A stretch of DNA of 63,982 nt, the filler included, from Reclinomonas americana ATCC 50394 (Eukaryota), in the NCBI GenBank assembly GCA_048213135.1. It is 13 parts of 13 records of this genome, joined end to end, with 100 filler letters (N's around TTAATTAATTAA, not from the genome) between each part and the next. Parts side by side here need not be neighbours in the genome. Positions count along the whole stretch, not along the records: positions 43,130 to 52,897 come from AFZH01020348.1; positions 52,998 to 54,772 come from AFZH01020349.1; positions 54,873 to 59,458 come from AFZH01020350.1; positions 59,559 to 62,470 come from AFZH01020353.1; positions 62,571 to 63,982 come from AFZH01020356.1; 8 more parts are not named here. One strand, written 5' to 3'. Position numbers and translations under genes: made by a program. Every line of letters starts with the position of its first letter. Positions within the stretch are counted from its first letter, which is position 1. This document shows positions 51,210 through 62,703 of the stretch, piece after piece. The notes below the pieces were generated by a model, which was not told the DNA's origin, did no database searches, and saw nothing but the letters and a program-made list of their open reading frames with translations.

Positions 51210-54200
51210 ATGAATGTACCTCGTCATCATTCTGAGTATGTCAACCATGAGAAAATTCAGGCGCTCAGCTGAACAATACTGCATATTCACGGCCTTTACC
51301 AAGTGCCGACTGCAGACGCTAATCTGCTGCACTCCAAATCACGAGTACAGACTTGAAAAGTCACACACGGATGACACGCGAGTGAAGCGGCTCATGAGAG
51401 CACCGGTTCCATTGGGGCCAGCTGAAAAAACCACTGACATCGTCGACGGACTCGCAGGGTGAGCAAGCGCTAAGAAAGGTATCGTCCCTGCACGCAAACC
51501 AGATCGAAATCAATCACGTTGACGACCAAACGACTCGGATCACCATGCCTCAAACCTGAAAAATCGAATTTGTCGATTACAGTCCAGCGAAGAGAACTTT
51601 GATCCAAGAAGTAGACGGATCCATCCTACGCAAAGTGCACACGGAAGAAGTTCTGTCAGAAGGAACCTTGCCAAGCGACAGCAAAATTGCAGAATGGAGT
51701 GGTGCAACCAACCTCACAAAACCCAAGGACATCGTCACCGATGTTCGTCATCGTCGACCCAATGAACCGGCCGCTCGGGCATACGGGGGGTGGATTTGTG
51801 ACGGCAGGCACAGTAGCCCTAATTAAGCCGTTAGTCGCAGCAGCTGCTGCATTGAAAATCATCTGAATGTACAAACCATGCAGCAGCTGTCGCATTGAGA
51901 GCAAGGACAGCTGACGGCACACGCGATCCGACAAATGAAGAATAGAACAAGTGGGGTATCCCAGCCACCAAGCCCTGCGACACAAAGAGTTAGCATACAA
52001 ATCACATGAGTTCAATAAGCGAAGATACACACGCACACACGTACACACGCACACAAACACACGCGAACCAGACTAAAGCTGTTGATGTCAACTGTAGATG
52101 CCCAGCTGGGCAGCGCGAGCGTTTGCCACGGAGAGAAACCTTGTGTCAGATCTGTCGATCCACACCACAATAGACTTCCAGCAGCACCGTTCGCGTGTGA
52201 GAGACACACAATCAAGGAGCCGGTGGAATCGATCACCGCAAGCGGTGCGTCCAGCGGAAGTTGCGGTAGCTGCGGGATGGTCTCAGGAGCGGCCCAGCTG
52301 CAGAAAATTGATTCGTCAATGGGGGGAGATAGTCGCAACGAGACATAGAGAGACAACGAACGTGTCGTTCGACGAAAAGTACTGCATTACTTGAGTGGAG
52401 TTGGCGGCAAGGAGTACAACGCTGTCCGTTGTGAAGGCGGGCGAAAAATCATTCTCAAACGTTGCTTGGCCCTGCGAACTTACGAGAGTAAACGCCGCAG
52501 TGTCCGTCGCGTTCAGTACAGCAGGTGGCAGGGATGAAGCTGAGGAGAACCAATATCCCGTGTCTGCACGATCGCAATTGGAAACGGAGAGTTCAACCAA
52601 CAGGGTAACGGCACAAATTGTGCAGCTTGGGTTTCTGCACCTATGTGAAACAGGCGGAGAGAGTACGCTGGTGCGTTGACACCGTCACCGGTGTACATCA
52701 AGGCGACAACAAATTTTCCAGAAGATGATGCCGCTGCTGTACAACACACCTGTGAGATGAACAGACAATCCGGAGTGCACTCTCTGAATCGACAAACAAG
52801 AGCAAAACGCGACGCAACAAAATCCTGCGGCAGCGCTGTACGGCACCGGTGTCACGCCGATCTCATCTAGCGCAACTCTGGATGGACCAGTAATCCANNN
52901 NNNNNNNNNNNNNNNNNNNNNNNNNNNNNNNNNNNNNNNNNTTAATTAATTAANNNNNNNNNNNNNNNNNNNNNNNNNNNNNNNNNNNNNNNNNNNNTTC
53001 TCGACTGGCTTGCAACAACGCTGTCTGGTTTGCAGGTGGCAGTAATCGCCACAGCGGCTCCAATACAAAGCTGTGTCGAAAAAGATCTGAGGTCGAAGAA
53101 ATGGGAGAGAGGGGGCATAATAGAGCACATGTCACGCAACTTGACAGGCACTGGCGCAGCAGTTACAGTCTGATTCCACAACGACAAACTACTGGGGTCA
53201 TCGGCAGTGGTAAACACACTAATGTCACCACCGCCAACTGAGTCTGCGAAATTCGTAGAATTCGACGTAGTGGAAGCCTCCGACAACTGGTTGTCCACAT
53301 TGACACGATGAGGAAGCAGCGAAACAATGCACAGAGACATTAAGCACGTACCATCGAAGTTGAATGCGAAATTGAGAACAGGAACAAGTTCACCGACCAA
53401 GTAGTCTCATGGTAGTATAGCGAGAATGACTGCGTGCTGTCGAATTCGTATACTCGTCGCAAGTATCCACTGCGATCAAGCGCTCAGCTTGCAACAGCAA
53501 CAGGAAGTTCCCACAGATTCACGTACCCTGACTGCATGCTAGATACGAAATGAGTGCCGTAGAATTGCAAGAACTGGCCAAATATCTTGCAGCTCCCAGA
53601 ATCAACCACCGACGGCAGGCGGGCAAGCGATGACTTGAAACCAGTGGACAGGTTGAATCCGGGAGAAACGGCATCGTATGGTGGAGACCACCTGAGTGCC
53701 AGCAAGTCAATACACTGTCAAACACAACCGGCCAACAAAACCGAGTACGCATGTGCCTGAGTTGTTGTGTGACGAAGTTTACACGTGTGCTGGACATGAC
53801 TTCACTGGCACTTGAATCGTCCTCCGTTGTCGTGGATGACTCGTAAGTGACTGAGCATTTTGTGAGATATGTAACGCAGTAACAGCAGAATAAACAGAGC
53901 ACAATGCACGTTTTCATACCGAAGAATGCGTCGAACCCAAATTGTTGGTTGTAGATTACTGACGATTCAGTCTGTGACGAAAACCAGAGAGTCTCCGGGT
54001 ATGCGACCTGCGGCTCGTCAAAAATGACAGCCTGCAGCCCATCAGGGACGGAATACTGTTCTTCTCCGTCGCTCCGCATAGCTTGAACAGTCCTACACAC
54101 AGGCACGTCCAGTCAATCACAGAAACACGGGAGAGTTGTGCAAGAATGTGACACACTGATCGCTGGCGAATGACAGAGAAAAGACGGAGGTCCCAGTGGA

Positions 54201-54583
54201 CGTGCCAGTGCGTGCATCAAATCCTGAGAGCATGACTGCCGCATCGGGGATCATTGGATCTGACATGCATGGTTGGGGGACGCATATCAATATAGATCAA
54301 AATTTCTCTCTCTCACACACACACGACACGTGCACGCACACACGAAGCTTCGGCTTCCTCACGCACCGCGCATTCCGGCAATCGTTGACGACTCCGCCAT
54401 AGTTGCATTGTTGCTGGACGCAAATGCAAGTGCTGCAATTTGCGCGAGGCACTGCGTCACTGCAGGAGACTCGTCGCTGACGACCGGTGACAATGCTGCC
54501 GCAGTACTACTGCCATGCACGACAACCACAACAACAATACATGCCACGAATAAGGCAACGCAGTTGTGTGCGAGTCGCAGCAT
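51210..54583 (-). CDS. Secreted MACPF/perforin-like protein 2 with non-Kelch, Trp-containing beta-rich C-terminal region (spans gap; 3' end approximate)
   Basis: Signal peptide MLRLAHNCVALFVACIVVVVVVHG; MLSGFDARTG; YSVPDG; FKSSLARLP; FLQFYGTHF-VSSMQS-G|G; GGGD..WNQTVTAAPVPV. Post-gap exons include DTWAAPETIP and FSPWQTL. Confidence 0.8.
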
Positions 54584-55062
54584 GATAAAAAATGACTGCG
54601 GGACATGGACTGGGAAATCGACGTCAAATAGACGACGGGAAGGAAGCTTCGCGCATGCTGCACTGTACTCTTGATGCATCTCCTGCAAGAAGATGAAGAA
54701 AATCCCCAGGGCGCTACTGTTGGTTTGTGTATGTGTACGTGCACGTCGGCGAATAGGAAGTCCACTGAAGAANNNNNNNNNNNNNNNNNNNNNNNNNNNN
54801 NNNNNNNNNNNNNNNNTTAATTAATTAANNNNNNNNNNNNNNNNNNNNNNNNNNNNNNNNNNNNNNNNNNNNTGATAAAAAATGACTGCGGGACATGGAC
54901 TGGGAAATCGACGTCAAATAGACGACGGGAAGGAAGCTTCGCGCATGCTGCACTGTACTCTTGATGCATCTCCTGCAAGAAGATGAAGAAAATCCCCAGG
55001 GCGCTACTGTTGGTTTGTGTATGTGTACGTGCACGTCGGCGAATAGGAAGTCCACTGAAGAA
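54583..55062. other. 190-bp contig-end overlap duplicated across the gap (54583-54772 = 54873-55062)
   Basis: Identical sequence on both sides of the N spacer, so the true gap is effectively zero. Confidence 0.92.
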
Positions 55063-58000
55063 CGTCCGAGAGGAGGCCACCTGAATCGTCGACTCCGCCA
55101 ATAGCCACAAACGTGCTGCTCCAAAACAAGTGCGACGATGTCGGCGACGGTCATAACGCGCAACAAAATGGAAAAATCATGAACAAACTCTGACGCTGCG
55201 GGCCAAGGCGCTGTTGCGACACCGGAGCGTGCGAACAGGCTGTATGGGTCCGGAACAATGGTCCAAGTGCTTGCAGCGATGTCAAAAGCGACTGCAGTTG
55301 TAACTGCCTGCGGCCCTCCGTCGCTCTGCGCAACCTATTCAGCAGCTGTCGCAAACAAAGAAAAAATGGCATTACTCACCGACGAGTAGCCGCCGAATAC
55401 AACAATCAGTCCTTGTGAATGCGCAGCTGTGGCGTTCGCCCTCGCAAGTGGCATCGACGGCAACAATTCGCTGCGAGAGACAACCGAGTCAACAACGATC
55501 ATGGCATGGTGCTAGCCTGATACGCGAACGAACAATGTGTCCGTCTGCACGAGATACATGTATGCCGCATCGGTCTCAATCGTCTCGTCGCACTCTGAAC
55601 TGCCTGTAGAGTGACATATGCATGTATTTGAGCTCATGTTGACTGAAACTTGTAAACTGGAGAATCAGATCACCTGAACCACCCGAGCACTCGACACCAC
55701 CGAAGATGAAAATCGAGTTATTGTAGGCAACCTGCACATTGCAGCGCGAATCAGTGTGACATCTCAGCAGTTTCTACGGCAGTGCAAAGTTGACATGAGA
55801 TACAGTACCATCGCGGCACCATTGACTTGAGGGGTTGATGAGACACTGCTGGTGTCTTGCCAGGCAGGCGGTGGCCCATCTGAGAGCTGCGAGTCATAAA
55901 GTAGCCCATGCAATCAATCGAATGTATACACACAACGATAACTTACTTTGGGGTCGATTTCGAAAGTCGGCAAGTTGAGGTAAAACACCGAGAGAAATCT
56001 TTAGCGCGACTCCGCCTGCATACGCAACAGTCTTCCTGTCGGATAGCGCACTATCGCCTTGCTGGCTGTAAGTATTCCAAGTTCCTGACCTGCACGTGTG
56101 CACCCGAGTGAGAAGCCAATGAACTTTTGACGATTATACAACACTATTCAACGAACATCCACTGATACTGAAGCCATTGCTCGTTCCACACAATTTGCTG
56201 GCCGTCGGGGGATACCCTGCTGCCGCCGTAAACCATGACGTAGTTGCACAACGAAGAAGTGCTCACATCGGGGCAGAGCACGGTGAATGCTTGCACGTCT
56301 GTCCAATTTCCAACCTGAGACGGGAAGGTCTCCTGTGTATTCCAAAACCCAGTACCTTCGAGTTTACAAAGAGGGAGTGGGAGCAAAGTTGGCAAGAAGC
56401 AACGGTAAGTTGGTGGCAGGGCATTCAACAACATACCCAGATTCAGAATTTGCAGCACATTTGTCTCTTGAAGAGTATCGTCACCAGGAGCCATGCGCGT
56501 GCTTCCGCCGATAACGAACAACAACTGATCGGTGGCAGTGGCAGCTGGAGTACGAGAGAACAGAGAGCGTTCATGTCAATGGCAACGAGCATCGGAAAGG
56601 TTGGTGATGCTAACGAACCAGCGTGCGTTACAGGCATAGGAAGAGTGACATTAGCAGCGGATAGTTTGATCTGGGCGAGTCCTTGCAAATAATCATTGAT
56701 TGCAACCTCGAACGCAGCTCGCACGTCGGGATCAGCCACAAAATCCGCAACAGAGCGCAGTTTAACGCTGCAAACACAATACAGCCGTGGGAACTCAGAG
56801 TGAAGCGGAAGCAGAGAGATAGAGAGAGAGACAGAATGATTGTATGTGTGTGTCTCACGTGTGTGTTCGTACAGATGCGCGCGACCAGGAGGCCAACAAA
56901 AGAGCAGCGTACCTCAGTATCGTCGGGTTTCCCGCGATAGTCTTCACCCACGCACCGACGTCTGTGGACTCATTGTCGCCGCCAAATATGTTGGTGGTCG
57001 AACTGCACTGCGTGCTAGCCTGCAACAAGCTCTGGTACTGCTCGGACGACAGACCAAATGAATAGACTTGATTGTCGTCACCGCCAACAGCAGCAGCGAC
57101 ATCGCTCAAGGTTGAACCAAGTGGCAAAGAAGTGCTCGAACTCGTCGCACCGGTAATGACGAGTTGCATGGAAGCCGAAAACGCCTCGGTTGCTTCAACC
57201 GAGCTGAATTCTGCAGTCTCGGTGCACATGCCAGACATGGCTAGAGAGGACAAGTGAGAAGGCACCACGGCAAATGGCATCTCACCAATTGCCACACAAA
57301 ACGCAACTCGTCGCACCGCCAATTGTGACTCCCATAACAACAGACGTGCCGTAGTAGTCAAACATGGACTGGAAATACTGACACGTGGTAGAGCTCCCGT
57401 CGTAGCCGAGTGGCGCGACTTGCCTCGACACAGACGCGCTAAACGACGGTGTTGGTGGAGGAAGATCGTCAACAAACGCGCCGGTGTCGTAAGTTATCTC
57501 AAGTAGATTAACGCTGTACGCGGATTGCGCAGCGAATCGAGTCACACTGCTCGACTGTGTGTCCTCATTGGCGAAAGATGCACTCAAATTCAAGCCGCCC
57601 AAATCAAGGGCGACACCGGTTGACGATGAACTGGCGGTCAACGAGGTGGACGAAAATGACGATGTGGTAACCGAGTCACTACGGAAGTCGACAGGGATCA
57701 CTGACACAGTTGATGGCAGCAAATACGACTTGCCAGGTAAGGGCGTGACAGTACTCCACGTCACAGAGGACCCGTCAGTGGTCGATGTGATGTTGAATAC
57801 GCCTGCTCGGAGACCAGTGATTGGAGGCATCGGCTGCGGAAGTGTGGGTGTGAGAGTGCTGAAGATCAAGCGAGCATTCACAGAGAAATCAAAGGCGTGC
57901 GAGTTGAAAGCATTTTTTCACATACACTCACCTCCACAACGTCGAAGCCTGCTCCGATTGCGTTCAGGAATGGCGAAGTAACTGGGACCTGCAACTCCAA

Positions 58001-58305
58001 CGGGGTTTGTGTCACCATTTGTGTGCGGACCACATCTGTGACCGCGCATGTTATATTGGGGGACGCTGATGCAGACTTGATCCAAAATCGATCACATGCG
58101 CGTGAGTCTCACCAGCGATATCGGGAGGCAAGAAGGAGCCAGACAGGTCTGCAACACCAGCAGCACTCAAGAGGCGCAGGATACCAGTCGGTGAATTTGT
58201 GTCACTACCAGCGCACGACTGAGCACTCGCAGAGTGGCCGGTTGCGCAGAGACTGACAACCAGGAGCAACAAAAAGGAGACTGCATATCTGCTGCCAGGG
58301 CGCAT
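55004..58305 (-). CDS. Secreted MACPF/perforin-like protein 3 with C-terminal Kelch beta-propeller
   Basis: Signal peptide MRPGSRYAVSFLLLLVVSLCATG; AIGAGFDVV; YLLPSTV; FDYYGTSVVMGVTIG; IFGGD..AWVKTIAGNPTIL; RAAFEVAINDYL. Kelch LFVIGG, VMVYGG, IFIFGG, MPLARANATAAHSQGLIVVFGG, FVAIGG; stop TAG at 55004. Confidence 0.82.
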
Positions 58306-58905
58306 CACAGGAGGAGTATCGTTGCCGCGCAGATCACACGGACGACGGAGAGAGTTCAATGCGACGCAGGACACTACTGAATGACAGTGAAGTTGTCTTG
58401 CTGTGAGGGGAAATGCACAAATATCTGCAGCCGCCACAAATTTCTGCTCTTCATGCTATGGTATCACTCTTGCAGTCACAGGCTCCTCATGGGCCGGGCA
58501 AAAAACAAAATATCGACTGGAACTTCGAATTCGGTCGAAAATTGCCAATCGAAAGAGATTCAACTGCTTTGAGAGAGGCCTGCTCGTTGGTTGGATACCT
58601 TTCACGTGACCACCACTTGTGCGGAGCATGGCTTCCGTCATGAGTTCGTTGCCGTCAATGCACTCAGCCAATTGCAATTGATCATGAATTAATTCGATTT
58701 CCTTCTTCCGCCCGCGTCGGTATGTTCGCTTCCTTCCCTCACTTCCCCACCCACTCCCCATCCTCCACCCTCTCTCCTTCCACCCACACCTCACACCCTC
58801 CCCCCCAAACCTTCGTTCGACCGTGTCCGATTGCGCGAGCAGGCCGTTGAAACTGCCTCGCATGCCAGCGTCCTGTTTTTCAAGAAATCAGTGTCGAGAC
58901 GAGGC

Positions 58906-59458
58906 ATGAGCGCTCTGCTCAAGAAGAGCAGCCTGCGCGTCTCCGAGGCCCTCGGTCGTCCCTACCTCATCGACACATACGATGGTGCGCGTTTTTGTCA
59001 TCACGCTCTCTCCCCCCGCTCCCCATTCTCTGTTGCTTACACTCACACATACCGCAGAGGAGACTGGGAATGAGTACTCGATGGCCATGGCAGAGATCGA
59101 CGACGAGCTTGCGGCACTGGGCTTCCTGGGTGAGCGCTTCGCGGACGATGACAGTGACGGTGCCGATGGAGACGAAGAGATCGAGGAGGATGTTGATGAA
59201 GACAGCGACAATGATGGACCCGAGGCCAAGCGACGACGCCAACAAGTGGTTGATCTTGGTGAGAGAGTACGAGTGTGTGTGTGTCTCTCTCTCACTCGCG
59301 TGTTCTCTCACCACCACGCTTCTGTGGGCAGAGGAAGCCGCTTCACAGACAGTAGTTGCGATCTGTTGTCGCTTGTGTGTCTGTTGCTGATCACTCAGTA
59401 GCTGCTGCAGAGTGTGGAAGCACCTATGCCTCCACCACCGCCCACGCTCATGTCACCA
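58906..59458 (+). CDS. 5' part of an acidic hypothetical protein with an NLS-like PEAKRRR
   Basis: ATG exon, intron, then an Asp/Glu-rich exon; runs into the gap. Confidence 0.5.
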
Positions 59459-59563
59459 NNNNNNNNNNNNNNNNNNNNNNNNNNNNNNNNNNNNNNNNNN
59501 NNTTAATTAATTAANNNNNNNNNNNNNNNNNNNNNNNNNNNNNNNNNNNNNNNNNNNNCGACG

Positions 59564-59629
<66 letters not shown>

Positions 59630-59633
<4 letters not shown>

Positions 59634-60040
59634 GTGACCCCGGCATCGACCAGATGCAGTGCCGTCCACAACGCAGCCTCCACACTCGCGACGAACGCCG
59701 TCGACGACGACAATGACGACGACAACGAGGCGGTCTGCTTCTGACTCGCCTCAAACAGCTGCATGTGCAGCTCCGACACCAGAGCGAACGCCAGTCGACC
59801 TGCGCAATGCAATCAGCGCCTTGCATTCTCTCCTCTCACCTCTCTCTCACACACACACTCACCCGACACCGCGCCCGTGGCCACATCGCACACTGCACGC
59901 GACAACACCGCAGACTCGCGCACACTCGACGGCCACTCACGAAACACCACACGAATGCGTTGTCGCACGGCACTCTCACTGTCATCATCGCCGCCACTCT
60001 GCAGCGCCGCCTGCAGACATGCCTCCGCGTCGATCGACAT
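59630..60040 (-). CDS. 5' exons of a hypothetical helical protein
   Basis: MSIDAEACLQAAL... two exons with GTGAG/GTGTG donors; runs into (CA)n and the gap. Confidence 0.5.
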
Positions 60041-60138
60041 GTGGTGTTAGTGTGTGAATGTGTGTGTGTGTGTGCGTCGATCACTCCGGCGGGACGATCG
60101 AATCCCGCCCTTCTGTGTCTTCGCCTGTCACCTTTCCC

Positions 60139-62452
60139 ATGGATGGCGATGGCGAGGACGATGCCGTGGCACTGCTGACGTCCTCCGACGCGGAGGCTGT
60201 CGCGCGGCACCGTCAAACACTGCTCTTCCGCACTCCGGTGCGCTGGTCAGTGGTGTACGCGGTGGTGCTGAGTGCGCTCGTGCTGCTCTTGTGCGCGCTG
60301 CCGGCACTGGTGGTCTTTGTGGCTCCGTTGCCGCCACTGGTGGGTGGCGCGGGCGGGGAGGAGAGAACACTGAGCGAGTTGTTGAGTCCGGCTCTGTCGG
60401 TGTTGCTGGTCACTGTGCCGCCGCTGTTGTTGATTGCGCTGGTGGTGGCGCATGTGCCGGTGGCCTATGAGGGTGAGAAGAGGAGAGGGGGTCGTTGTGA
60501 AAGCACAGCGTTGCTATTTTTTCCTTGTGCTCACCTCGTTGTTGTTGTTGTCGCAGTGCACACGGACTCGGTGCGTGTATGTACGGTGGCGTGTCCACGT
60601 GGAGAACGTACCAGCTTGTTCACCTCTGTCACCAAGGTTCTACGACTGTGTATGTTGATTGATATCAACAACGCCTGCTGACTGATGCTGCATCACAGAT
60701 TGGCATCGAGCATTTGTCGGAGGTGGCCATGGCCAGCTTCCCGAATTACACTGCAGCTCTGACATTCCGACCCATGTCGTGGTTGTCACGACTGGCACTC
60801 CTCATATGTCGTCTGCATCCGTCGTCGCTGGCTGCGTTCCCGGAGAAGCACGCGGTGCTGCTGCGCAGTTCGCAAGGCGGCTGCTGTCTGTTCAGCAGCG
60901 GCAGCACCCGTGTGACTGTGACACCGCAGGGTGTGCGCGACTTTTTGCGGGCCATTGAGCTGTCGATGCATTGGTATCAGGCGCGTGTGGCGGTGCTCCA
61001 TGCTGCCGCTCCGTCGCTGTTGTTGGAGGAGCGTGCGGGCACGGCGCGTCGCGTTCTCGGCGAGATCGGCGCCCTGCTGGTCTACACAGATGGCGTGTTT
61101 CCGCGCGAGGACGAGACCGGTGCTGCGCACCAGGCGTTTGTGCAGCAGGTGGCGCACTTGTCAGCGGCACGCTACCGGCAGCAAATGGCTGGAGCGGAGG
61201 GTGATCAGCCGCAGGCCGGACAGCGCAGCATGGTGCTGTACCGGTGTCGGCGGTGTCACGAGTATTGCACGGCCGAGGGTGTCAGCGAGGGGACGGCGCT
61301 GGCCAGCGGAGGCGGTCGTGATCCGGCTGCGGCGGCGGTGGCAGACGAGTGCCGCTTCCACCCGGGCACCTTTCATGGCATCTCTCTCCGAGCGCAGCAG
61401 ATTGGGTGGACGTGCTGCACGGGCAGTGTTCGCGAGGATCCCGGCTGTGTCATTTCGCGACATGAACCCGACCTCGGGTCGGGCGTGGTGCACGTCATCA
61501 CCGACGGCCCGATGGCGGCCGGCAAGGGCGTGGGCAAGCTGCCGCCACCGTCACCATCACCACCGCCAGCAGCGAGCGACGGCGAAGGTGGAGACGATGA
61601 GACTGTGACACGGCAGGTGGGCACCGACCTTGTGGCCGAGCGCAACCGTATCCTGCGGGAACGACGAGAGGCACTTCTCGCGTTGGAGAGCGGCTTGCAG
61701 CACAAACGGGGCACGCGAGTGATTGAGCACAATGTCAGCGAGTTCGACACTCTGTCGGGAATCGCGCTCAAGTTGCGGGTCGTCGCGAGTGCGTTCTTGC
61801 CTCGTGTGTGCGTCATGCTGATATCTCTCTCTCTCTCTCTTTCTTTTGCAGATATGGCGTGACGGTGGGACTCGCGTAGAATACGGTGTTTCTCGTCTCG
61901 GTGGCTGACGCATGCATGCACACAGGAAATGGAGATCCTGAAGGAGAACTCGCTGTTGGGCACACCGGGGGCGATTCTCGGCTTCAAGACCATCCGCATT
62001 CCCTTCCAGGCCGAGGATGCGACGCCCATCGACAACCCGCTGGAGCTGGACGAGGAGGCCAAGACAGCTCGAGCCATTGGCGAATTCTGTCGTTGCGTCG
62101 ACTGCAACCGTGCTACCCGTAACTCGCAGCGCGTAGCACTCACTATCATGCTGTGCAGGCATGACGGGATGCAGTCGCAACGAGGCCTTGTATTACCTCG
62201 AATCACGCGACTTTTGTGTCCGAGAAGGTGAGCTGCCCACTGGCTCTAGCTCCACGCAAACCACTCACAGTTGCCGCGTTGTCGTTGTGTATAGCACTGC
62301 GCGACTGGAAACGCGACGCAGAATGGGAGGAGCGACAACTGCAACCCGCCTCCTCCACAGCCTCGCGCTTCATGCGTCGACCACATCCACCAGCACCACG
62401 TCGTGTCGATCACCGACCACTTGCACTCTCGGCTGCCTCCATCAATGGCTGA
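60139..62452 (+). CDS. Membrane protein: two TM helices, PH-like region, Cys/His zinc finger (CHORD/BTK-like), LysM, UBA-like
   Basis: Two hydrophobic helices in exon 1; CRRC...CRFHPG..WTCC....PGC...H; IEHNVSEFDTLSGIALK|YGVT|..EILKENSL..KTIRIP (LysM); TGCSRNEALYYLES..ALRDWKRDAEWE (UBA-like). Confidence 0.72.
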
Positions 62453-62703
62453 ACAGCAGGAGAAGGGCAGNNNNNNNNNNNNNNNNNNNNNNNNNNNNNN
62501 NNNNNNNNNNNNNNTTAATTAATTAANNNNNNNNNNNNNNNNNNNNNNNNNNNNNNNNNNNNNNNNNNNNTAAGTGAGAGAGATATTCCGCGACGTTCTT
62601 TCCCCCTTTCTCTCTCTCTCACTCTTCTTTACTCTTTGTTGCAGGAGCGCACTGGCGACTTCCCGCTCAAGTGAATCGCCACCGCGCAAGGCAGCACGTG
62701 CAG

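Noticed and set aside
54583..55062. Perfect 190-bp direct repeat resembling an LTR or duplication
   Set aside because: It flanks an N gap exactly, so it is an unmerged contig overlap.
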